NCBI GenBank assembly: GCA_965645245.1
Contig: OZ287071.1
Coordinates: 2,108,001 to 2,172,000 of the forward strand
Direction: 5' to 3'
From: Massalongia carnosa
Taxonomy: Eukaryota
DNA: 64,000 bases
In this document: positions 23,656 to 34,821 of the stretch, piece after piece
How positions within the stretch are numbered: position 1 is the stretch's first letter
Layout of the letters: every line of letters starts with the position of its first letter
Position numbers and translations under genes: made by a program
The notes under the pieces: generated by a model
Database searches by the model: none
What the model was told of the DNA's origin: nothing
Seen by the model: the letters and a program-made list of their open reading frames with translations, nothing else

Positions 23656-24337
23656 GATCGTTGAGCTTACAGCATATGATAATACTAGACCTGTGTAAAT
23701 GAATTACTCGCTGATGAATTACTCGCTGATGGAAGACTCGAGGTTTCATGAGCTCCACAAAGCCAATAACGGAGCAAGCTGCAACCATAACGCGTTGGAG
23801 CATGGATAGAGATCTTACCGTGTAGCTATTCTGCCGGCATAAGGGATACCTCGCTATTACACCATACAGCACATTAATTCTGTATGCGGTATTCCGCCAC
23901 ACCTGCGTTCAAGATCCTCTCCATAAAAAGCAACGAAATCCACTAATGCTTCTCAAAGCAGCAACGTGATTATAATCCAAGGCACAGCCAGCTAGTGTTG
24001 TCATCAATCGTGTGCGATTGATGTCCATACAAGACACATTTGCGATGGCCCAGGTGGGGGATTTGGAACAACCGTACAGAGTACGAAGCACAGAGTACTG
24101 CATAGCTCGATAGAGACAAGCGGAAGGTGGGGGCGGTGGAAGAACTACCTCCTTAAAGTTAGAGAACTAGAAATGATGTAGTTGTACTTTTACATGGAAG
24201 AGCAAGCATTAATTTGTGATAATAGACGAGGCTAATGATAAAAGTAAATGATAAAATAGAGAAGCACAAAGATTGTTCCAAATCAGGTATGGTGCTTTCG
24301 CTGGAGCTGGGTACTCTCTGGCACAATAGCACAACGG

Positions 24338-24582
24338 CACGCGAGTGACAAAATTAAATTTACACCGAAACTTTTTCCTCACAAAAAGCACCGGATTTTC
24401 TATCATAAACCGTAGCGTTTTTTTAGTTAATTTCATGATTTTTTGAACTTCAATAATTAAATCAATAATCTGCCATTCTGCCTTCATCATCGATCACTGC
24501 TTGCAAACTTTTAGGCATTAATTCACGAATGATTTTGGTGGGGGGGAAATTTTGGTGTAAATTTAATTTTGTCACCTGCGTG
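24338..24582 (-). mobile_element. 245-bp non-autonomous TIR element (deletion derivative of a Tc1-like family)
   Basis: ~33-bp imperfect TIRs CACGC(GA/AG)GTGACAAAATTAAATTTACACC. Retains MPKSLQAVIDDEGRMADY* (24518-24462), homologous to the C-terminus MPDRLRAVIDGEGKMTGY* of the element at 43.8-45.1 kb. Confidence 0.85.
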
Positions 24583-25325
24583 AATGGGTAATCGTGCCAC
24601 ACCACCAGTAATCGTTTTTAGTAAGCGAAAACGATTAACTTACTGGTGGTGGGGCTCGATTACCGTTATAACCGACGACATGGCGATCGGGCAAACTTTG
24701 TAGGTACGTAGGTACATACAGAGTAGGTACCAACAAAGTAGGTGAGTAGGTACATAAATATCAATATTTATTTTCTTGTATAGAGTACCTGAGCATGCTT
24801 GACGCAGGTACCCGGTACGGAGTACTCTGTACTTGTGTATTAGACATGGTCCGTGCCTCGGCAATTTGTTCCTCGATTGAGATTTCCATCACCAGAGTCA
24901 TCAATCACACACTTCCAACCGCCAGCAACAGCCCAATGCTTCGGCCAACTCAAATTTCCTAAGCATGTCAGGATGAAATAACCCCCAAAAAGCGCGTCGG
25001 CTTTTTTTTTCTACTTTTCACTATCCAGAGATGAGATTGTCTACAGAGTACCTTGAGCTTCATGTGTTTCAATGCTCACCGTCAATATTTTCCTCCAGCA
25101 TGGCTGTGTCTTTTGGCATGCCCTGGCTTTCTTGGGAGAACTCTTTAGATATATAGATGAAATGCTCGTCCCTTCTCGATTCTTCAGTTGATAGCTTCGT
25201 ATTCATACTCCAGTATCATACCTCATCTACTGGCATCGTATTTCTTCTATCAATCCTATCTCATCTACTCGGCATCATTTCTCTTCTCTTCTAACGTTTT
25301 ATCCAGTACGCATTTCAGTAGCACG

Positions 25326-26360
25326 ATGTTATCCATCACAAGATCGCTTCGTTACCTTTCCTGCTCGTTGCTGATCGGAAGTGCTATCATTCTTGTACCC
25401 GTGGACTCCAATCCAGTCTCCCTTTTCTAAATTCGCGCCCAGAGCCAATGTTGGTGACAGCGTCGCCAGTCTGGTGCAGGCAATCATAGATTATTTGAAA
25501 GGAAACAATGCATGGTAGGCGTGTACCTGATCCATTGTCGTCCTCATACATATATTCCCCAATTCCCCCATGGACTGACACACCCGTAGGATCCGATTGT
25601 ACCAGACAAGTGCGCCATTTCCATCTACACCACCGCAGGCGCCAATTGCGAAGCCTATTTGGAGTGCGCAGACAGCGATCCCAATAACCCCACTCCTTTC
25701 TTAAACTGGAACGTCTGCTACCTCGGCGGCCGCCAGTACTTCACCGACCCCCGCATCGGGGACTTCTCCATCACCTTCTCCGCCGCTGGTGGGAAAAACG
25801 GTGACACAGAAGACGGCCTGCACAACCCGCTACTTCAATTAGCCGACGTGGACAACTGGGAAGTCATCGACGTTCAGAAGCTCGCCAACGACGCCAGGAG
25901 CAAGAGCGCGGGAAATCTTTGCGGCTGGGTGGGTACGGGCGCGGGCACGCAGCGCTTGGGATGGGTTTGCGGCGTGCCTGTTGTCGGTAAGAAGGGATTC
26001 GGCATCGATTCAGACACGACGGTGCACACGACTGGCTATGCACCAGGGTGGTGCACCATGCACGTGGTGCAGTACCAGAAACCGGACCCGTCCAAGGACC
26101 ACTACAAGTTCGACGTGCTGATCTTCGACGCCAACGGTACACCCATCGGCCAGGTGACGGGCGCTGATGCGACCAATCCCGTCGACGTGCATAGCAATCT
26201 CCCGTGGGTGATGATTGTTTCGGGCGGCAACGTCGACGCCGATCCGGTCCGATTTCAGTATGCGGGCCAGGATTGGAACAGCAACGATCAGGCTCATCAC
26301 AGCCTTTTCGGCAGGTACGCCGATGGCACGAGACAGGGCGACACGGGATTTACGTGCTAG
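25326..26360 (+). CDS. Secreted Cys-containing protein of unknown function; two apparent 1-bp indels in exon 1
   Basis: Signal-peptide-like MLSITRSLRYLSCSLLIGSAIILVPVDS and an intron 25515-25589. Open exon 25590-26360 ends in WCTMHVVQYQK...GDTGFTC, a module recalled from fungal secreted proteins. Needs -1 T (~25425) and +1 G (~25514) to read through. Confidence 0.6.
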
Positions 26361-26908
26361 AAAGGCGGCAAAGGGCGGCCATGCGTTGAGGATGTCTCGC
26401 ACTAAAAACGTTATGTATAAGATTGATTTAACAACCGGTGGGATGTGATTTGTTTGAGTACGTGACGCTTAAAAGCGTACAAGGTCCGCTTTGTATAAAA
26501 TCGAGCCTACAATCTTTGGAGGGGGAAGTGCGAGGGAGTTACTACGGTACAAATCTGACCATCGGCTTCTGTCATGTTGCGAGCGCGCAACCATCTCGTT
26601 CTTCATCCAATCTGGAGTGATATGGTGGTGTGAATTTTAGATTATATGTAGTTGGCTAATACCTATCTTTTTTTTCCTTTTTTTAAAAAAAAGAGAAATG
26701 GCAAGTTCAACTCGTTAGTCTAGAATAGGAGGAGAGACGTTGCTGGAGCCCCCTTTCCGGCCTCCCCTCGCTTAACTACTTTACTCGTTGACCCACCTTA
26801 GAGTAGTTAGCGGTTTGAATTTCACCCCCAAAAACCCAAAAGCTTGAAAATTCATCATACACACAAAGCCCAAGGATCAGCAGCAATCAATCAATCAACC
26901 AATCCACC

Positions 26909-28040
26909 ATGCCTCATAAACACAAGCGGGACAAATCCAAGAATGGCCCCTCGTATGGTTCCTCCGTCCCCTCCCCCCACTTCGAGATCTCGAGCCAATC
27001 AACCTAACCTCTACTTCTTACGAACTAATAGCTACGACCTCCCGCCCAGCACTATTGCGAAACCCCTTCCGGTTCATCACCATCACAGCCACCAGGCCGT
27101 CTCAACATCGGCTTCTTCTGCCAAGTCTCGCGCGCGCACTCCATCTTCCACAAACCCCCGCCTCCGCCCCCGCACACGCGCGCACGCATCCAAACCCGTC
27201 TCAACCCTCGAGACCGACACCCCGCGCGCCTTCAGCCGCCTCATGACCGGCCGCCCACCGCCGTCCGGCCTTGACGACGGTGTGTCGAGGAAACGAAAAC
27301 GAGAAGACGCCCCTCAGCACCCCCCCGCCACTATCACTAACAAAAACACCCAAACCAAGCCCCCCAACCCGGACCCCGCCACTAACCTCCCCACACTTCT
27401 CCCTTCGGAACCTCTCTCTGCATTCGCTACACGTGTTAACGCCGCCCTGCCCCTCTCCTCCGCACAACTTGCCCGCTCCCGCAGAAAAGACGTCGCTGCA
27501 ATCATTCCCGGCATAGGCGAGCGCCAGACTAAGATGGAAAAGCGAATGCAGCGCATGCAGGCTGAGTGGCGGGCAGGGGCGGCCAAGCGGCGCGAGCAGC
27601 GCGACGGGGAAGAAGAGGATGAGGATGAAAACGCAGAGGCGGGGGAAGGAGGGATTGCGGCGCGGAAACGGAAAGGGAAGGGGAAGAAGCGGCGGAAAGT
27701 CCCCGGTACAGCGGGGAAGGACGACGACGACGACGACGACGACGAAGATCCCTGGGCCGCTATAGCGGCGAAGCGGCTTCTCAGCAATAATAACGCTGTT
27801 GCTACCAATGTTGCCGCCCCGTCGCGGGGCCTAGTCGGGCTCCATGACGTCGTGCTCGCGCCGCCCAAGTTCGTCACAGTGCCGAGGGAGAAGATGCGGG
27901 GAGACGCGTCCAGGGGAGCGGGGGCAAAGGGGATGGTGCCAGGCGGGCTGAAAAGACGGGAGGAGCTGGGAGAGGCGAGGAGGGGTGTTGTGGAGGGGTA
28001 TCGACGGCTGATGAGGGAGCGGCGGGGTAGGGAATCGTGA
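26909..28040 (+). CDS. Conserved fungal basic/coiled-coil protein (UPF0653/CCDC137-like, tentative family)
   Basis: MPHKHKRDKSKNGPS, intron 26953-27031, then YDLPPSTIAKPLP. Motifs DTPRAFSRLM, LLPSEPLSAFATRV and REELGEARRGVVEGYR. Confidence 0.7.
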
Positions 28041-28348
28041 TGGTGATGATGGGGGGTTGGGGTGAAGGTATGGGGGACGTGGCGTGGGGGGCATGGAAGC
28101 TAAAAAACCGGGTTTGGGGGGGGGGAAAGTCGATTCCCAGCGTTAGGCAGGGTTTATTTTTGATGCAAGGTTGTCCACCTTTTCCGGAAACTGATTGAAG
28201 AAGCGCGCCGTCCGTAAGCCCAGCCCCGAGAGCCGGGGGAACTTCAAAAATTTAGTAGTATTAGTAGGAGGAAGAGTACGAAGTTTCCCCCTCCTCTCGA
28301 TCATTATGTAATTCCATAGGAACATAATCCCCTAACTATCGATTAAAC

Positions 28349-28386
28349 CTCTCTCTCTCTCTCTCTCTCTCACACACATCTATTCA

Positions 28387-28426
<40 letters not shown>

Positions 28427-28516
28427 CCCCCCCCTTCCCTTCTTTCTTTCTTTACTTACTATTAGTTTTTCAAATCCGATCATTCCATCCCTGTCCATCT
28501 GCGATCTTACCTATTG

Positions 28517-28593
<77 letters not shown>

Positions 28594-28945
28594 GTTGTTG
28601 TTGTTGTTGTTTTTATTTCTGCTGTCATTGTGACCGACCGACCGACCGACCGACCGACCGACCGACGAGAGGATACGCATGCATGTAAAGATTTGAGGGG
28701 GATAGCTAGGTAGGTAGGTATTTTTGCGCTGCTGTATGTATGTATGTATGTATGTATGTATGTATATATATCTTTGTTCTATCATTCCGCCCCTTCCTCC
28801 TGGTTCAGAGAATTGGGGGAAAGAAAGGAGCGAGAGCATGAAGGGCGGGGTTTTTCGAGTGCTGCTTTTCTTTGGGTCTATCTATGGCCGGTAGGGGACG
28901 TTTGTGGGTAGGTAGGTAGGTAGGTAGGTAGGTAGGTAGGTAGAT
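28349..28945. repeat. Compound microsatellite cluster
   Basis: Successive (CT)n, (TTTC)n, (ATT)~24, (GTT)n, (GACC)n, (TATG)n and (GGTA)n tracts. Confidence 0.95.
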
Positions 28946-29221
28946 AGGGAGAGTGAGTGAAAGGATAATTTGCACGGAGTAGGCTTTCGTTATTCATGCG
29001 TGATGAGGTTTTTTTTTTTCTCTCTTCTTCTGTTCTGTTTATCTAGTTTCCACTCCTCTCTCTCCTCCGTCTACCTGTTCTATCTAGCTTCCGTTCCTCC
29101 TCCCAACTCGATAACGAAACGCAACGCTTCTCCGTCTATTGCATCTAGCTTCCATTCCTCTCCAATTAGCAAACGACACGGACACGCAACCCTACCCCCC
29201 CCCTCTTTAACACCTAAACCC

Positions 29222-32200
29222 TCAACAATCCAGACCATCCCCCTCCACCAACTTCCGCACCACAGCCACAACGTCCTCCTCGGCCTTCCCCACCTCCACC
29301 CCTTCTCCCGGATTCTCAATCTTCCCCGCGAGTACCGCGTCGAGCATCATGCGGAGCCTGCTCACCAGCACGCCGATGCGCGCCCAACCGCGCAGGCGCA
29401 CCCAGCCGTCGACGAGGAGGCCGCGGCCGAGGGTGTCGAGGGTGATGGGGCCGGAGAAGAGGAGGAGCGTGTAGATATTGAAGGCTAGTGTGTGTGTTAA
29501 TGAGTGTTAGTGAGTGAGTTTGGTTTTGTTAGGGAGAGAAGGAATTTGGGGAAGGGAAGGGAAATCGGGTAAATAGGAAGGGGGAACGAGAGTAGACGAA
29601 ATACAATCTACGTACGCGTCAGCTCCCGTACGAAGATCTTGCTCGTGGCCATTTTGTGGAAATAGCTCAAGTATACGCTCCCACCCACAAATGACTGGGC
29701 GCCGAACAGCGTGGAGCCTGGGTGCACGAAGACGCGGCCACTGTCTTGCGTGAAGAATTTAATGGTGCGAGCGTCCGGGTCAAGCGCGATGGCACCGGAG
29801 ACGGAGGGCGCAAACTTCTGGTCCGGGAACTCGATGCGCGCGAGTTGCGGGTTGAAGGCGCCGGCGACGAGAGCGCGGATGAGGGCCGGGTTGGCGTTGT
29901 GGGCGTTGAAGGATGAAAGAGCATGAGCGGATGGGTAGGTAGTGGGGATGAAGCAAGCTTCTTTGAGAGAGGATAAGTATTGTAAGCGGTTGGAGGCAAT
30001 GTCTTGGAGAATGTTGTTGGAGAGGTAGTTGGTATCGCACCAAGTTTTGACATCGCGATAGCTGGAGGACGATTTCATGTTGGTCCATTCTTCGTAGGCC
30101 CGGAGGTCGCACAGAAGATCGCCTTGATTCGGCGCGAAGGATGATCGCGCGGCTTTGGATTCCTCCCGCTTAGCTTGAGGGGAGACGAAGGGGCTCTTGA
30201 CGGTGAGGATGGCAGCAATCGTCAGGCAAGCCTCTAGGCATCCAAAGGTAGCGCCGTAGACCATGAGCTTGCTGCATCGCAAATCCGCCGGGATCATGGA
30301 TAAATGCCGGCCTAGAGCCGTCAGGTCATCACCGTCAAGCGCGCCCATCCGTCCCAGGAGCTCGATCGCCCCCTCGACGGCCAAATCATCGGGTGGCGTC
30401 AACGCTCTGGCTAGGAACGCCCGGACGTCCTTGATACCCATAGCTCGGATGGAGAGCGAGATCTGCTCAAGTGGCACCCGCCTGATCTCGGGCTCGTTTC
30501 TTTCCGCCATCTTGGCTTCCGCGTTCCGCGTATAAAGCTTAAAACATTGCCCCTTTCTCACTCGGCCGGCACGGCCACGACGTTGTTTGCATGCTGCCCG
30601 AGATGCCCATACTTCCTCGAGTTTCACCATGTTATTCTGGGGATCAAAGCTCGTTTCTTTGACTTTGCCCAGGTCGATCACCGCAACAATGTCCTCGATC
30701 GTAATGGAAGTCTCAGCCACGTTGGTGGCAGCAATAACCTTCCGTTGGCCCTTAGGTGCAGGCGGGAAAACACGCCTTTGCTCGATTGGCAACAGAGAAG
30801 CATGCAGAGGTAGTCCTATAATGTTTGCCATCCCTCGAAGTGCGTCGAGGGCTCTATTGATTTCCAATACGCCTGGGAGAAAGATGAGAATACCTCCATC
30901 TTGTGATCCCAGGTGAGAATCGATCGTCCGGACTATGCTGGCGATAAGGTCATAGTTTATTCTCATGCCGATACCCTGTATTGTTCGGGCTATTGATGGA
31001 TCCATATTGCTTAAATCGCCATCGCTAGGATCGTGGTCGTCGACATTGCCAGGACGAGAACCACCATCAAATCCTGTAAGGCGTATTACGTCGTCCAGGT
31101 AATAATCTTCGACAGGAAACGTACGACCTTGAATTTCAATTCTACCGACGGTTGATGCTTGGTTAAAGTAACTCTCAAATATGCTAGCGTCAAGAGTGGC
31201 ACTCATCAGTATGACTTTGAAATCTTTGCGCTGCTTGAGAACAGCTCTCAATAAAACCAACAGGAAATCGACATCGAGGCTTCTCTCATGCACCTCGTCT
31301 ACCACTACATGGCTCACATCTGCCAAGGCAGCCACGATGTCATCGGTACTGCCACCTGAAGTCTGTAGTCGTCGTAGAAGCACTCCGGTCGTCACAAAAG
31401 TGATCTTAGTAACCCCAGGCTTTTGCGCCGATTCACCTCGTATTGCATATCCGACTTCCTCTCCTACCGGGGAACAGCGCTCGTCACTAACTCGATCCGC
31501 CAAGCTTAATGTTGAGATTCTTCTCGGTTGGGTGCAGATGATGTTAGCAGCCACACCGATTCCTCGCTGGATCATGTCGTCCAAAATAAATTGAACAGCC
31601 TGGGTTGATTTACCTGAGCCAGTTTCACCAGATATTATGGTAACCTGATGATCATTCACCGCTTCAACGACGGCATCTCGCAAGGCCCAGGCGGGAAGCG
31701 ATTGTCGACTCTGGAGCATTTTCTGTTGCCTGGGAGTTTTTTGCTTGAACCGCCAGCGCTCAAGTAGCGAAGCATTTTGCGGATCTCCAGACTGATGGTT
31801 AATCGATTGAACGGGCTTCCTTCGAAACTGCAAGCGGGTTTTACCAGAGGTCGTGGCCGGTTCCTCGCGTATGCCAGTAACCGCAGCAGCCACACCTCGA
31901 AGACTTCCTGGATTTTCTATGATCTTTGGGATTTTGCTCTCAAGCCAATCCACCAGATTGAAAATCATCGGCTCTCCAAGGTGCTCAGCGTTAGCGGTTC
32001 TGATTGTCTCGCGAATTATACTTAATTGAATATAGGCAGGAAGACCCGGTGAAGTCAGTGAGACAACCGGAGCACTTTGAGGATATAAACTAGATTTCCT
32101 TATATTCAACGTAAAAGGTATATTTGAGTGCGAAACCTGTAATTGTACATGATATACATCACGAGAGGTACTCCTGAAGCGATCCCCAAATATTGCTGTA

Positions 32201-33565
32201 AGGGTTTCTAGTTCTTCTCTCCAAACGGAATCTCCTTCTGTATCTGTTTCCGAGATGGCAATATCCCCTCTTGCTCGTTCCGAGAATTTTTCGTCAAAAT
32301 CGACAAGGGTCTTTTGAAGATCTGCAGCAGCACATCCTTCGTTGCCATGGTTCGCATCAAGAATTTTCTCGCAAAGCTCGACAGAATAACCAGCCGCCGC
32401 GAGTCTTTGTACGGATGCTTCTCGCTTCAAATTACTGCTGGCCATGCTAATTCCTACTGTGTATCCCTGGGGAAGACTCCACCTTGGCAGATCGTCTTCC
32501 GGAATATGAATTAGGAGCCATTCAAGGGTCTCTTCACGATCCTTGCACTCTGCAACAGCTTCTTCGACATGGCTTTTCCTGAAGCCAAGCTCAGTGAACT
32601 CGGCAACGATATTTCGCTGCTGAAATTCAGATATACGAGCCCCATGAGGGTTCCAGATAGTTTGACTCCTCACAAGCTCTTCGATCTGCCCCCGAATGCG
32701 TCTTCCCATGTCAATTTTGGGCGCTTTTGTCCAACCCTTCAACCCACCTCGACTGGTACCTTCAGGATTTCTATTATTCATTATCCCCAAACTAACTGAC
32801 TGCTCCGCTTCTTTCACTTTCTGCCTCTCACGCTCCTCCCTCTTTTTGTTCATCAATACTTGAGCTTCTTCTCGTTCGAGTTTGGCGGTGAACGGATCCG
32901 CTTCATACATCCAGGCCTTACCATCCTTAACATCAGCGGCCTTCATATCTTGAAACTCCTTCTTCCAAAAATCTCGATATATTGGCGGGAGCATCATGTG
33001 TATATTGCGCATGCTGCAGACACGGAACAGCGCATAGGTTGCGGCGAAGTGACGAGCCTCGACGGCCGTTGGCTGAACTGCTATATCTTTATAAAACGGT
33101 GGAAGTATGAATGGTGGCAAAGTGATGATCTCCTTCGTCTTCGGATTTGTCCATTTGAGTATCACCATGGAAGAGAAACCCTCAGGCATTTTGTTCTAAA
33201 CGCTCGATTAGCTTGCCTGTATACGTAAGATGCTGAACTATGACTACCATGGTGTACTCTGGTTTTGCCCATTTCTGCTTCTGGCAATGTTCTGACAGAA
33301 CATTCACAGGGAGTTTGCCAGTCCATGAAGCGCCGCCTATCAGCTTTCTGGTATCCGGCTTCTTTGGGGCATCTTCGCTAACTACCAGAGTATCGCTTGC
33401 CCCCCCGATAATTGTAGGATCTTTCTGTTCCAGCTTCTTTGCTTTCTTTTCCGATCGGGCGTCTCCAAAGACAATGTAGCTATCGTCCTCATTTTGGGTC
33501 ACCACGGGGGCCTTTTTTGGTGCGCTGCCGCCGCGACCTCCCCCCTTCCTCATTCTTCCCGACAT
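29222..33565 (-). CDS. DEAH-box ATP-dependent RNA helicase, DHX57/Ucp12-like (UBA, RWD, helicase, HA2, OB)
   Basis: Motifs GETGSGKSTQ, DEVHER, MSAT and QRRGRAGR. Introns 33247-33196 and 29615-29485. Last exon PFNIYTLLLFSG...GDGLDC ends with TGA at 29222-29224. Confidence 0.92.
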
Positions 33566-33759
33566 TACATGAAATGAGAAACGAAAGCAAGGTGGAATCC
33601 ATGGGTTTGCAGTGTAAGGTCAAAGAATTATTTCCGATAAAGATTTGGATAACGTTTAGATAACAAGATACTGATTCGAACACGAACTCGATTGAAGCAC
33701 TTTTCACGTGATTAGAGCTCTAAGATAGGGTCACATGACAGGAACGTTTGATAGTATTA

Positions 33760-34423
33760 CGAGTAATCGTCGGCCTCGCTTAGCTGCCTCCATACGAGGT
33801 GTACCACTAGTCGGGGAAAGCGGTCTGCGTAGGCAAGCGGTCTGCGTAGTTTCAATTTCAGGATTTATCTAAATTCACCCATTTTACCACCTATTTTGCA
33901 GCTTTTTACAACACTTCTCGAACGCAGAGCAGTTTAACTTTTATCAAGGGGGCTATCGTCAGACTAGGGTTTACTATTAGAACGCGCAATTGATGATGAT
34001 GATGATGATTGATTCTTGTACCAATCTTACACCAGCCGAAGGCGGCCCATGAACGCGCAATTGATATATATATACTTTTTAATAATATTTGCAAATGAGG
34101 TTGAAAATAAAGCAAATGAAGGTTGCAAATCATGATGAGACGGCGTCGCAAATGAGTTGTAAGTAGGTGATAAAACTGGTGAAATTGGAAAAAATATAAT
34201 GCATTCCCGGTTGATAAATGAGCAGTTAGGATGTGCAGTTGATATCTATCTATGGTATGAATAATAACATCTAACGGTCGTAGGTTGCGGCCGAGAAGTG
34301 TTGCAAAAAGCTGCAAAATAGGTGGTAAAATGGGTGAATTTAGACAAATTCTGAAACTGAAACTGCACAGGTACAAGGTACACCTCGTATGGAGGCAGCT
34401 AAGCGAGGCCGACGATTACTTCG
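33760..34423. mobile_element. Foldback-type non-autonomous TIR element (MITE) with TA flanks
   Basis: Outer ~45-bp inverted repeat GTAATCGTCGGCCTCGCTTAGCTGCCTCCATACGAGGTGTACC. Inner ~80-bp inverted repeat (~33842-33925 / 34286-34370) around an AT-rich core. TA at 33758-59 and 34424-25. Confidence 0.85.
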
Positions 34424-34821
34424 TAGAGAAAAATGTAACGTGCCATAAGATGATGAGCTAATGAGTTTGTACCAAGTACTCTAGGAGTACGAGTAACTTG
34501 CAGCGGACTGGCTGCGGGTGACCATGGAAGAATCGATGAGGAAGTTTGGCCTGAACGACGAAAGGCCAAATGGTGCTGGATGGCGAAAGCGGTAAAAAGC
34601 AGCACCCTTATTGCGACCACCGGATCGTGCTAATCCGGAGATATATAGAGCAATTAGAATTGAAACGGGGAGACCTTCTCCCAGCAGGCATTCACTACTG
34701 GAAGATGGGATCCACAGGGGCTACACAACGTGATGGTCACAATAGAGGTACAAAATAGGTAGGGTCAGGTCAAAGGGTAGACTAAATGCTACCCTTTTGA
34801 AGTGCTTGATCATTGATCTAT

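Noticed and set aside
24338..24582. Transib/RAG-like element suggested by CAC ends and a 5-bp duplication
   Set aside because: The internal remnant is homologous to the Tc1-like transposase C-terminus, not to Transib.
28507..28839. 110-aa poly-Asn ORF
   Set aside because: Translation artefact of microsatellites.
33673..33681. Second B-box core (GTTCGAATC, minus strand) upstream of the helicase gene
   Set aside because: Flanking bases (T before, A after) fit the extended consensus poorly and there is no functional rationale; may be chance.
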